Part shown: positions 40,426 to 54,069 of the stretch, piece by piece
How the letters are laid out: every line of letters starts with the position of its first letter
Numbering within the stretch: position 1 is the stretch's first letter
NCBI GenBank assembly: GCA_951406725.2
Contig: OX597824.1
Location: 85,250,001 to 85,314,000, forward strand
Source of the DNA: Octopus vulgaris
Taxonomy: Eukaryota
Length of the DNA stretch: 64,000 nucleotides
Reading direction: 5' to 3'
Program-made: the position numbers and the translations under genes
The notes under the pieces: generated by a model
Told to the model about the DNA's origin: nothing
The model's input: only the letters and a program-made list of their open reading frames with translations
Databases searched by the model: none

Positions 40426-41739
40426 CAAACATTACATACGCATGTACACCGTGGTCGACTAAAGTTTTACGTACAAACATGGAGTATCAATATTATTTTT
40501 ATTTTATACCAACTGCTTGCCCGGCTGTCTGCCTGTCTGTCAGTCCATCTGTCTGTCTGTCTGTTTGTCTGTCTCACTTTCTCTCTCTACACATACACAA
40601 TGTGTATGTGTGTATGTATGTATAATACATATATACATACATACTTAAATGCATACATACATACATACATATATACATACATACATACATACATACATAC
40701 ATACATACATACATGCACATACATATATATATATATACGCACGCATGTATGTATTATCTTAATGTATATATTATATATATATAAACATATTGTATATATT
40801 TATATATATATATATATTATATATTTATAAACATATTTTGTATATATTTATATGTATATTATGTACATATAATATATATGTGTACATATAATACATGTGT
40901 ATATGTATATATATATATATATATATATGTTTGTGTGTGTGTGTGTGTGTGTAAAATGTATGTGTCTATTTATGTATAGAGTGAGAGATCCAGTGAAAAT
41001 TATATATATATACATACACACACATATATATATATATCCTTAATATATACAGACACGCACACACACACACACACACATGTACATATATATACAAATATAT
41101 GTATACACACATACACACACATATATTCACAGATACACAGAAACATACTCATACACACATAACTGTACGTTTGTAGGTGTGGATATATCTACGCATACAA
41201 ACACTATAAGCATTTATACCTCTCATCAAATGACTAAGCGGCCGCCATAAATAGATAAAAAAAAAAGAAGCAAAACAAAAACAAAAACAAAAAACACGAA
41301 AACAAAAACACAAAAACACAAAAAATACCCTCTTAAAAATAATAATAATAATAATAAAAAAAAACAACAACCCCAACTCAAAACTAAACACGTTCTTCAG
41401 TCCGCTGTTTATGTTGATGGAATAGTGAACCCGCGATAGCCTCTTAATGATAAACTTGTACACATATGGTTTCTCTGGTAGTTTGGAAGCATGTGGGAAA
41501 ACCATTTTTGTTTTCTTCTTATACAGCCTCATTTAAGAATTTTACAACTGGTAATAAGTTTTTTCCGCCCCCCGCCTCCGTGTTTTGTTATCATTTATTA
41601 TAAGGCTATGGTTGTTGTTTGTTTTTGTTTTCTTCTTCTTCGAGGGTGGGGTGGGGGTGGGGGGTGATTGCTTTTTGTTGATGTTTTAATCCGCAAGTTT
41701 AATCAGCTATGCACGAGCTTTTGTTTTATCGATTTTACG

Positions 41740-41834
41740 ACGTGATAATGGTGGTGGTGATGATGATGATGACAATGATGATGATGATAATGATGATGGC
41801 GATGATAATGATGATAATAATGATGATGATGATG

Positions 41835-41883
<49 letters not shown>

Positions 41884-42285
41884 GAAGAAGAAGAAGAAGA
41901 AGCAGAAGCAGAAGAAGAAGAAGAAGAAGAAGAAGAAGAAGAAGAAGAAGAAGAAGAAGAAGAAGCAGAAGAAGAAGAAGAAGAAGAAGAAGAAGCAGAA
42001 GAAGCAGAAGAAGAAGAAGAAGAAGAAGAAGAAGAAGAAGAAGAAGAAGAAGAAGAAGAAGAAGAAGAAGAAGAAGAAGCAGAAGAAGAAGAAGAAGAAG
42101 AAGAAGAAGCAGAAGAAGAAGAAGAAGAAGAAGAAGAAGAATGACAATGGTGGTGATGCTGATGATGACGATGATAATGATGATTCGATGATGACGATGT
42201 TGATGATGATGATAGCAAGAACAACATCAACAAACAAAACAACAGCAATACCAACAACAACAATAATAGTAATAATAATAATAAA
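41740..42285. repeat. Compound (GAT)n(AAT)n(GAA)n microsatellite
   Basis: Direct reading. Confidence 0.95.
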
Positions 42286-42799
42286 GGTTTCAAATTTTGG
42301 TACAAAGCCAGTAACTTCGGAGGAGGGGGTAAGTCGATTACATCGACCTCAGTACTCAACTGGTACACGTGAGGCTAGCTTGGCGTCGTTGGCTGACCCC
42401 TACCCAAACCCCTAAATCAGCTGTGACTGATCTGGCCAATAACGTGTCTGCGAGTACACAATTACTTGTTGTGTCCTTGTTTTAGAACAATAGGGTATGA
42501 TTGCAAAGAGATTTCACTGCTATTTCTAGCACATCGCTTGACCACACTTTGTAGATACTTTATTTGTTTGCCGCTTTCGTTATTATACAAGTAGCAGAAA
42601 GCAATAAATTATAAGATATTGCAAGTTAGCGTTTTATATAATAGAGTGCCGGATAAAATGCTTAAGGCCATCTGGTGTTTATGATCTGTATCGTAATTCC
42701 TTTGAAGACAACTTCTTAAATTCATGTCTTGTAATAATAATAAATGATGGTGACGTTAATAATAAAGATGATAATGATGATGATTATAATAATGATTTC

Positions 42800-43342
42800 A
42801 GTTTTTGGCACAAGGGGAGCTGATTACATTAATCCAGTATTCTATAGGTACTTATTTATCGACCCTGAAAGAATGAAAGGTAAAGTCGACCTCAGCTGAA
42901 TTTGAACTCAGAACGTAAAGACGGACGAAATGCCTATTTCTTTACTATTCACAAGGGGCTAAACACAGAGAGGACAAACAAGGACAGATAAACGGATTAA
43001 GTCGATTACATCGACCCCAGTGCGTAACTGGTACTTATTTAATCGACCCTGAAAGGATGAAAGGCAAAGTCGATCTCAGCAGAATTTGAACTCAAAACGT
43101 AAAGACGGACGAAATGCTACAAAGCGTTTTGCCCGGCGTGCTCATGACTTTGCCAGCTCATCGCATTAATGTTAATAATTATGATAATGATGATGGTTTC
43201 AAATTTTTGCACAGGGCCAGCAGTATTTGGGGGAGAGGATAAGTCGATTACTTCGACCCCAGTGATTAACTGGTACTTATTTTACCGACCCTGAAAAGAT
43301 AAAAGGCAAAGTCGACCCCAGCGGAATTTGAACTCAGAACGC
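42800..43342 (-). mobile_element. SINE family B dimer plus an additional fragment
   Basis: Junction GAAATGCCTATTTCTTTAC at ~42927. Confidence 0.8.
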
Positions 43343-43374
43343 ATGATGATGATGATGATGGAGAGGAGGAGGAG

Positions 43375-43925
43375 GATTTCTTTTATTTGCGTTGGGTGAA
43401 GGAAACACTGAGAAGATAGATTATAAGTCGTGTGACGGTTTACATATTATCGAGTGAGAATGCAAAGGGAGAGAGAGAGACGAATAGTATACAAAATATA
43501 TTAATACATGCATGATGCTAGGGCACTCAGCAAGGGTCAGTCAAAACACCCTACAGACCTAGGATCATCCTGACCAACAAGGGCATGTACTCTCTCTCAC
43601 TCCAGCTGTTGTTCTTTGACCCACAAACTCGTGTTTAGAGTAGATTCATCCACTCTATCCGTTTTCGCCGCAGTCATCCATCTTTTGAAAAATTCTTAAG
43701 CGGAGAGCACTTCTCTTTCCGCCCTCATATTCTTTTCAGACAAAATTCGAAAAAGCCGCATAGAGCTTGACCGAAGAGGAACGTGAACATCCTGTTTCTT
43801 TTATGCGTAGAGCCCACCACACAAGGGCTTTCGCCATAGCCACCAAACAGAGGAAAAGTACCTACCCAAACACTTTAAAGGAGGGCAGTGGGGCGTTCTT
43901 CACGATAGATCTAGTCGATAGGGGA
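43375..43925 (-). pseudogene. Probable L1/Tx1-like LINE 3' remnant
   Basis: Minus-strand LCLVAMAKALVWW and ..EVLS..FFKRWM resemble L1-clade ORF2 C-termini; A-rich end. Confidence 0.45.
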
Positions 43926-44574
43926 ATCCATTGAAAGGTCGATAGCTGCGCCCCTCATTAATTTAAGAGGGCCTGCAATGCATGATTATGTATATTCCAT
44001 TATGTCTGTCATAATTTCGTTTACAACTTCTATAAGCAGTTTTATGTTTTGTACCTTTGACAAATTGACAGGCAGAGATAAGTCGATCTCTGATGATTCC
44101 TTAATGAATTATTAAACTTGCCACTTCACAATATCCCTGATGATTCTTTAATTCTTTCCAAGCTGCCGAAAGCCCTATGTCTCAATTACGAAGTCTCTTT
44201 TCACTGTGAGAGTAAATATATGCTTATTAAACATATGGCATATGGTTTCATTTAAACATACATGCACTCACACACGAATATCGCTCACGTATTCATATCG
44301 AAATGACAAGCGGGTGAAACACTGACAATAAACATATAAAATACGTTTATTATTATTAACTATTCATACACAAATAAGAGGTTTTATATTCACAGTCCTT
44401 TATTCAACGGTTTTTACAATTTATTCTGTTATATAAAAGCAAAAGTGTTATTATTTATTTTATTTACATTGAACGCTTGAATATCTGCAAAGCGTGGAAT
44501 TAATAGTAACACGAGCAACAGAATTACAGCTGAAAAATAACCTACTCTACCATTTTGTACTTAGTTTTTTAACC

Positions 44575-44631
<57 letters not shown>

Positions 44632-44632
<1 letters not shown>

Positions 44633-45070
44633 GATCTTTTCGGTTTGAACGGCAGTTTTTTAAAATAATTTTCACGTAACTAAACACTTTTAAACTTCGT
44701 ATACTGGTAGAATGTGTTTATAAAACATCTTTTTCCCTTGGCTTTATTGAAAAAATTCTACAGTTTGTAAGATATTTGTTGTTTTTTTCTTCAATTTCTG
44801 CAATTTCAACCAATCACTGACGTCTATTGAGGTGAAAACATTCTGTGCCGTATGAATATGTCTCTCATTTAAGAAACAGATTGGGTTTATTTACATTTCT
44901 GAAGAAAAAAAGGTACCCTTCCCCCAACCCTAACCCTAACCCTAACCTTAACCCTAACTAATCCTAACCCTAAAACAGATTGAAATGCAACAGATCGATA
45001 CTAGGGTCATAATTATGGGTGACAATTTCATATAACATCGCTAGAAAAACTGCCGTTCAAACCGAAAAGA

Positions 45071-45073
<3 letters not shown>
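44632..45073. mobile_element. MITE with ~28-bp TIRs and internal (CCCTAA)n
   Basis: GGATCTTTTCGGTTTGAACGGCAGTTTT / AAAACTGCCGTTCAAACCGAAAAGATTC; repeat at 44924-44972. Confidence 0.85.
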
Positions 45074-45135
<62 letters not shown>

Positions 45136-45865
45136 GTATGTATATACGTGTGTCAGTATGTATATATATGTATGAATGTATGTGTGTGTATCTAAGTACA
45201 CGCGCACACAGTCACACCCACACACACACGCACTCACGTACACACGTGACGACGAAAGATATCAGATCGTCAGAAAATGCTATCATGTGCATAATGCACG
45301 GAAATAGGAGATAAGCTCTCTCTCTGCCCGTTTTAAGCTATCGAAGACTAAAAGATATGTACAATTTGTTATTCTGACTGATTTGTTTACGCAGTACATT
45401 GGTCCGTATCTTTCGATTTCTGTATCTTTAACACATTAGTTTCACACTTAAAAGATGGCGTGACATAATACAGACGTGTGGAAACATATATGTGTAATAT
45501 ATCACTGTTAACAGGTAGCACGTATACGTCGTCTAAAAGATTAATTGATCTCTGGTTTGCATAGTACCAGCTGTCTCACAAATAGAAAACAAGAGGTGTA
45601 ATGAATGACAGCAGCTTACTAAACCTCGGCGATGACTTTCAGCGAAATTTCTCATATTTTCTGCTGCAGGGAATATCAATTTTCAATAGCGATGTGTGTG
45701 TTATCTCCTAAAAGTGAGATTTACGCACTGAAATAATGAGATATGCACACTGAAATAATGAGATATGCACACTGAAATGATTAATACTATGTATTAAAAT
45801 ATTTTCGATGTTAAAAGATCCAGAGGAAAAGAGAAAGAGAGAGTGAGTGAATGTGTGTGTTTGTG

Positions 45866-45919
<54 letters not shown>

Positions 45920-46246
45920 TTACGTGAGTTTGATTTAGACGTACTTAATGTACTTCAATATAGATATCGCCATATAATATATCGTTAGGTTGCATACATA
46001 TAAGTCCATCCGGTATTAATTATCTGATGGTGAAAGCTTGATAATATGTACATGACAATAAATACGTAATAACACTACATAGTGTGTTTTATAGCAATAT
46101 CAACATCAACACATATATACTTACGCGTGCGCCCACACATGCACACACACACATATATATATATATATGTTTGAAGATCATGTTGTCTTCGAAAGACAGA
46201 AAGAGCGGGGAGAGAAATGCATATATATATATATGTATATATGTGA

Positions 46247-46299
<53 letters not shown>

Positions 46300-46919
46300 T
46301 ACATACATATATATATGCATTTCTCTCCCCGCTCTTTCTATCTTTCGAAGACAACATGATCTTCAAACAAACTGAAATATTATGCTTATACTGCAGGGAT
46401 TTATATCACTAACAATGCATTCTGAGATATCATTTTATAAATACACACTTCAAGATATCGCTATGTATGCAGACTAATATATTTCTGCCCATGCTCGTTC
46501 TTTGTATGTATAGATATATCGATGATTATAAACAAGATGATTTGTTTACAAGGAGAGATATATCGGTAAATACGCAGTGAGACCTTAATAAATATTAGAT
46601 AAACTTTAACTCTCCTTACACAATGTGATATTATCGCATATTACCTGTCTTGTTCGATTGCCTACACATATTAATGTGTTGCTGACGATAATTGCTTTGC
46701 ACAAACAACACAGAGAAGAAATAGTGCGATTACTGTGTGCTTTCATATCTCTAATGTCCTAAACAGTTAAACATGAAAATTACTGAGACGTGTCATAATT
46801 AGAATAATGGTTTGGGTTTCTGGACTGTTAACGTCATATTTTGTGTTTCTATCTACGATACGTTTCAATTATTTTCAGGTGTGTAATGCACATACTTATT
46901 CGTATATACATACGCAAAA

Positions 46920-46966
<47 letters not shown>

Positions 46967-47469
46967 CACCACCACCACCACCACCACTACCACTACTACT
47001 ACTACTACTTCACACACACACACACACACACATCCAACAGTGAGCATGAGTGCTCGACACCGCATAGGTAGATATTATTTATTTCTGGGTTAACAAGGCT
47101 AAATTTTGGAGACGTGTACCAACGCTCCCTTGTAGAGGGCTTGATAATTCTTAAGATACATGAGAAACCATTGATAGTGTTGGTAACCTTTGGTCCCGGG
47201 TTCAGTCCCACTGCATGGCACCATAGGTAAATGTTTTCTACAAAACCTTGTGAGTGAACCTGATAGACGGAAACTGCAAGAAGCCCGTCATACATACATA
47301 TGTACGTCTCCACTGTCCTGTTTTTGTTCCCAACTTTGACGCCCCCCCCCATTAATCTAAAATTTGATTTTAGTATTTATGGGAGCAACTGTCATCAAGT
47401 ATCATCATAATTTACACACTTACACGCATACACATACACCCTCACACACAGACATATACATACATACAT

Positions 47470-47802
47470 GAGAGACCCCCTTCGGTTATGAATGACCATG
47501 GGATTGCACCTAGAAAGTTATCCTCCGAGTCACAAGTCCGGGCGAGGTTGTTTATGGAAGGTTAACTGTGACCCATGTATACCAGCCTCCCCTCTCCACA
47601 CCACCAGTGTTATCCAAGGGAAAAGCAAAGGCCGATACAGCTTGGCACTTGTGATATCGTAACTCATTTCTACAGCTGATTGAAGTGGAACAACGTGAAA
47701 TAAAGTGTCTTGCCTAAAAAACACAACACAGAACCCGGTCCGGGAATCGAACTCACTACTTCATGATTGTGTACCTGACGCTCTAACCACCGAGCCATGC
47801 GC
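47470..47802 (-). mobile_element. tRNA-derived SINE, family D
   Basis: Minus-strand head GCGCATGGCTCGGTGGTTAGAGCG..AGTTCGATTCCC. Confidence 0.75.
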
Positions 47803-48829
47803 TTAAGTATCATAATAGAAATACACACACACAAACGCGCACATACACGTATGTATGTACATAAAAAAACAAAGAAACAAAAGTTCAAAGGCTCTTATCG
47901 CGCCATACGCTCGGAGGATCGGTTTTCGCGGATTGTGTGGATGTCCCGGATTATGTGGATTCTGCCCGTCGTTGCGCGATTATTACTTTTTGACTGCTGA
48001 GTGAACTAGGGTGAGGTAAAATGAAGTGTTTCGCTCAAGAACAGAAAGCATTGCCCGGTCCAGGAACCGAAACCACAATCTTACGATCATGTATGCAACA
48101 TCCTAAGCTCCACGCCCCCACACACAGACATACAAAAACACACACACACAGACACACGAACACACACATACACACACAAACACACATACATACAAACATA
48201 TATACATACATACATTAATGATATATTGATATCAAAACACTGACATTGGGGGAGAGAGAGACAGAAAGACAGACATATTGTGAGTCTATAACACATACAT
48301 ACTCACATTTACATACGTACACACACACGCACACACACACACATACACACACACACATATGTACACTGATTCAGTTCGAAGTAACACACACACACACACA
48401 CACAAAAAAGGTCTCAAAGTTTTTCCTGTACTCTTAATTCCGTGAATCTGTGACATACTGAGTTTGCTGAAAATCCGCCCCACAGAAAAATGACTTTCTG
48501 TTATAAATCCGCTCATATCCAAAGGTGACTAGAGATATGGAAATAAAATGGACGGAGATTAGGCGAAACGAAATGCAATTTTCCCTGAAACGCAGATTAG
48601 TTTTATCCGAGATATTTGGATACACACTGCCATTTACCGTTCGTACAAATATCAGGAAGGCCTCTAAGATTAAAGATAAGTTAATATTTCAAAACATTCA
48701 TATCTACCGCGAACGGTAATTGTTGCTTTAATATTATCTAACGTGGAAAATAAAACAACCGAACATGTACGTTACAGTAGAATGGTGTGGTGGTATTCAA
48801 TTTAGATATGGGGCGGCGAGCTGGCGCAG

Positions 48830-49058
48830 ATGCACACTGCATCGACAACAGATTGCATTCCCAGAATATAGAATGATACCTTTTAGTGAGCACATTGAGA
48901 AATGCGCAAAGCAACTACTGCCACAATTTTTAATCTTCCCATTTTACCAATGTGCTTTCGGATCATCAACACAAATGAGACTGAACAAGGAAACATTCTT
49001 CATTGAAAAGTACAAACCCAGACTCAACCATCCGAACATACTGACACAGAGAAATTAA
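48830..49058 (+). pseudogene. Second Penelope-like GIY-YIG C-terminal fragment
   Basis: LHRQQI..P.S.H..C..IFPFY..E.FFI.K..P.LN aligns by eye with the end of the 16767 ORF. Confidence 0.8.
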
Positions 49059-49410
49059 CAAGGAAAAGGAAAAAAAAATTTTAAGCGATTATCTCCCCTA
49101 CACCGGAAAAAATCACTCACTACCTCCCCTTATTTAGAAATCTCCTGGAAATAAAAACAACGATAATTCCATGCAATATAAACATAACGTCACAAGAAAT
49201 TTGAAAAGCTACACGCGAAACCGGTAATTTCTTTAAAAATTTTAAAATTATGTCATTTTAAGGAAAGGGAAAAAAAATTTTTTCCAATATTCTCCAGACA
49301 TTTTGACACAAATATATATATTTTTTAACATTTAAGCCTTCTGTCGTTTTTTCACACTTTACTATTTTCTTATATATTCACCCACGTGCTTTACCAAACA
49401 AACTCTCTTA

Positions 49411-49443
<33 letters not shown>

Positions 49444-49524
49444 TCCATATTTATCTGTTGGTATAATAGAAGCGAAAGTACTTAACTTGATGTCTTAACA
49501 TAGATGATTATAATTTAGTTACAA

Positions 49525-49581
<57 letters not shown>

Positions 49582-49834
49582 CGTGTGTGTGTGTGTGTGT
49601 GTGTGCGTGTGTGTGTGTGTGTATGTGGTGTGTGTGTGTGTGTGTGTGTGTCTGTGTTTGTCCCCTCTACCATCACTTGACAACCGATGTTGGCGTGTCT
49701 ACGTCCACGAAACTTAGCGGTTCGGCGAAAGACACCAATAGAATAAGTACTAAGCTTACAAAGAATAAGTCCTGTGGTCGTTTTCGACTGAAACAAAAAG
49801 AAGAATAAAGGAATATATACATACATATACATAC

Positions 49835-49915
<81 letters not shown>

Positions 49916-49967
49916 TGTGAGTGTATATATATATATACATATATGTGTATATATATATGTATATATG

Positions 49968-50026
<59 letters not shown>

Positions 50027-50031
50027 TTGCA

Positions 50032-50079
<48 letters not shown>

Positions 50080-50137
50080 TATATGTATATATATGTGTAT
50101 ATATATTTATATGTATATATATACATATATGTATATA

Positions 50138-50172
<35 letters not shown>

Positions 50173-51165
50173 TTAAGGTATGTAGAAAAATACAACATGG
50201 ACAAGAACGTATAACTCTTAGAAGACGATACAATAAACACGGACAGGACATTCGAAACCCTCAGTCTTCAGTCAAGAACCGGATCATCGTAGTAATTTCG
50301 GCTGATTAATCTTGAGATTACTAGATCACGGCCAGCCCTCCAAGAAAAACTAAGCAACGAGCATTAGAAAAACTAAGCTGGAAGCGTAGATTTCCTGGAA
50401 GAAGGATCGAATGCATACGAACACCAGGACAGCAAAAGGGACAGATATAAAAAAAACAAAAAACAATAATGGAATACAGAAACATGAAATACAGAAGCAT
50501 TAACGGTGAAAACAACAAGTGTCTTACGACTGATAACAAGCAAACAAATTTTTTCTCTGGCGCATTGGAAGAAGCCTTTATAGCGGCGGACGAAAAACAA
50601 CGATGTTAACACGACGAGGGTCAGGAGCTGAAAGGCAGATTTCGGCCAACAGTCACGTGACAGAGAAGAGAGAAAAGAAAAGAAAGAGAAGCAAAGGAAG
50701 AGAGAGAGAGAGAGAGAGAGAGGGAGGGACAAACGCAACAAAGAGAGAGAAGAGAGAGAAAGAAGGAATCAGAGAGGAGAAGGGATGGGTGTCGAAGAAT
50801 GACCTGTGAGTGCAGAGCGAGACAAAGAAATAGGAGGGTAGTGGAAGACTAGACCAAAGAATCAGAGGAAAGAGAAGAGAAAAAGAGGATGAGTAGAGAG
50901 AAAAGAGAGAGAGGGGGACAGATCAAGTAAAAATGAGAGAGAGAGAGAGACAAACAGAGAGTCGTACCAATTATTAAGAATATGTGCTCACATTAATGTT
51001 AAGGGGGTACGGGGCGCCTGGAATATATGTTAAGGTATGTAGAAAAATACAACATGGACAAGAACGTATAACTCTTAGAAGACGATACAATAAACACGGA
51101 CAGGACATTCGAAACCCTCAGTCTTCAGTCAAGAACCGGATCATCGTAGTAATTTCGGCTGATTA
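50173..51165 (-). mobile_element. Non-coding element with 136-bp identical direct terminal repeats (pLTR/retrozyme-like), 857-bp period
   Basis: 50173-50308 equals 51030-51165; no TG..CA ends and no coding capacity. Confidence 0.75.
50261..50337 (-). ncRNA. Candidate permuted hammerhead-like ribozyme
   Basis: Intact CUGAAGA, GAAA and AUC with 7-bp, 6-bp and 5-bp helices in non-standard order. Confidence 0.45.
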
Positions 51166-51510
51166 CATCCACATACATACATACAGACCTGCCTGTGTGT
51201 ACGGATCTAACTTGTACAACTTGTGTGTATCAAGTATGCGGAGATAAATATGTAATTAACTTCATGCCAAGCTTCATGTAGGCTTAACTTGATAATCTTC
51301 CTTTCTCAGTGGATGTTAGTTAGACACAAGTATTTCCCTCTGTTTTACATCTACTGACAATCGTGTTTTCACCTCTGATACCTGCGTGAAGCCATTGGTA
51401 TTTATTTTCTCGCTTAGTTGCCTAATCACTCGTAGAACGCATTTTACGCAGCTTACCGCAGTATGTAACCTATTACATAATATTCTATTCTACACTACAC
51501 TATACTATGC

Positions 51511-51556
<46 letters not shown>

Positions 51557-52050
51557 CATAGTGTGTGTGTGTGTGTATATTTGTGAGAACTATAATATAA
51601 AACATTTTTGGTTATTTGGCTGGGAGCCATTAGCCGTTACTCTAGAGTTTCAGCGAAGACATAGGAATAGACTAAAATCAAAGGTAAATTCAAGACAGCG
51701 GACGCATGAATTTCCCATTGCTTAAACGGGTCTTGTGTTAATAACGTGTTAAATCCAGCATGGTTTTGCAAATATTTCGTGTGAGTGTGGAATCAGAACT
51801 ATCACAGCTTATGATGTAAAGATCTAAATTATGTAAGTATTTATGTAGCCACTAAATAGCTATACCTACCTACCTACCTACCTACCTACCTACCCACCTA
51901 CCTACCTACCTACCTACCTACCTACCTACCTACCTACCTACCTACCTACCTATCTACATACATACATACATACATACATACATACAACTTGCTGGCGTAA
52001 TTGTTTTTCTGAAAAATTTGAGAATGTCCGGTATTTCTTATCTCAATATT

Positions 52051-52479
52051 AGGACCTTTTCGGTTTGAACGGCATTTTTTTCTAGCGGTGCCATATGAAA
52101 TTGTCACCCATAATTATGACCCTAGTATCGATCTATTGCATTTCAGTCTATTTTAGGGTTAGGGTTAGTTAGGGTTAGGGGTGGGGGGAAGGGTATCTTT
52201 TTTTTCTTCACAAATGTAAATAAACCCAATCTGTTTCTTAAACGAGGGACATATTCATACGGCACAGAATGTTTTTAACCTCAATAGACGTCAGTGATTG
52301 GTTGAAATTGCAGAAATTGAAGAAAAGAACAACAAATATCTTACAAACTATAGAATTTTCTCAATAAAGCCAAGAGAAAAAGATGTTTTATAAACACATT
52401 CTACCAGTATACGAAGTTTAAAATTTTTTAGTTACCTAGAAATTATGTTAAAAACTGCCGTTCAAACCGAAAAGATCCC
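52051..52479. mobile_element. Second copy of the TTAGGG-containing MITE, opposite orientation
   Basis: Reverse complement of 44632-45073; flanked by AATATT on both sides. Confidence 0.85.
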
Positions 52480-53130
52480 AATATTATTTAAATCTCTTCA
52501 TGTCGCCCATCGAAGGATCTTCCCAAGACATTCTTACAAAACTAGTATAGGTCTTGGTTCAATCCAAAAGTCCACTGGAATTTTTCTCGATAGTTCCGCG
52601 ATCTGCGATAGCTTATTCCGGGTTCTTTCATCGCCATGGTGTACGTGTAGATATTTTCCACGTGGTGTGTATTTCACTGTTTGATTATTGCTACGATCAT
52701 TTCAAAAAAGATTACCCTTTCTTTTACTAAGCTTGTAATAATGGCAAATATTATAAGGAACAATACTCATTATCTGGGGGAATGTATAGTCCTCTCTGCC
52801 AATGTATCTGTATTCGACGTCATGTTGATGTTACATAATTAAGTTTGTCAGTTCGTAATTAAGAAGTCAGATTTTCACAGCTGTAAATTTTGGAATTTGT
52901 GATGTACTCTTAGTAAGATCACGAGCGTGAATACCAGGATGGGATTAAGCTGTTGCTTAAGTGGAGTGCATATCTTAACTACATCCTGCAAGACAGCCTT
53001 AAAAGTAAATATGTTAAGTATATGCACATTTGTATATAAAAGTTCTTGATTATGGGACAGATCCTGGCTATTGTTTGTGTGTCGGCTTATGAAATTTAAG
53101 TTTGAGTATAAGTTTCTGTTGAAATAGTAT

Positions 53131-53297
53131 CAGGAGTGGCTGCGTAGTAAGTAGCTTGCTTATCAACCACATGGCCCCAGGTCCAGTCCTATTGCGTGGC
53201 ACCTTGGTCAAATGTCTTCTACTATAGCCTCGGGCTGACCAAAGCCTTGTGAGTGAACTTGGTAAACGGAAACTAAAAGAAGCTCGTCGTATATATG

Positions 53298-53335
<38 letters not shown>

Positions 53336-53538
53336 TATGTTTGTGTGTATGTGTTTGTCTCCCCACCATCGTTTGACAACCGATGCTGGTGTGTTTACGT
53401 CCCTGTAACTTAGCGGTTCGGAAAAAGTAACCGATAGAATAAGTACTAGGCTTACAAAGAATATGTCCTGGGATCGATTTGTTCGACTAAAGGCGGTGCT
53501 CCAGCATGGCTGCAGTCAAATGACTGAAACAAATAAAA
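53131..53538 (+). mobile_element. SINE family A
   Basis: Head and tail match the 9786 copy. Confidence 0.85.
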
Positions 53539-54034
53539 AAAATATATAGCCCCAGTGAACTGCTAGTCTCATGGTCTGAAGTATAAAGATTTGGACAGAA
53601 GTGTAAAGATATGGAGTGGTAAGTTAGTTTTCCAAAGAACCAAGCCTGGTCAAAGGATTTCTTCTTGAACATGCTTCCGTATACTCAAGGCTAATTTAGC
53701 TCGAAATAGTTTGTAAATTGCACTTTTAGTGCGAAGCTTCCTATCATATTTCAGACTCATTCGGTTTAAATGAAAGGTATGAAATGCCGAGATCTTGTAG
53801 ACACGCACCTGTCTGGTACATAGCATACATACATTCATACATACAACACATACATACATACATACATACATACATACATACATACATACATACATTCATA
53901 CATACAACACATACATACATACAACACATACATACATACATACATTCATACATACATACATACATACATACATACATACATACATACATACATACATACA
54001 TGCATACATACATACATGCATACATACATACATA

Positions 54035-54069
<35 letters not shown>

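Noticed and set aside
41466-41505. Pre-miRNA-like hairpin ATGGTTT..AAACCAT
   Set aside because: Stem too short and no miRNA that I recognise
41703-42368. Poly-Ser/Arg/Phe ORFs
   Set aside because: (GAA)n microsatellite
44924-44972. True telomere or chromosome fusion scar
   Set aside because: Short, and internal to a two-copy MITE
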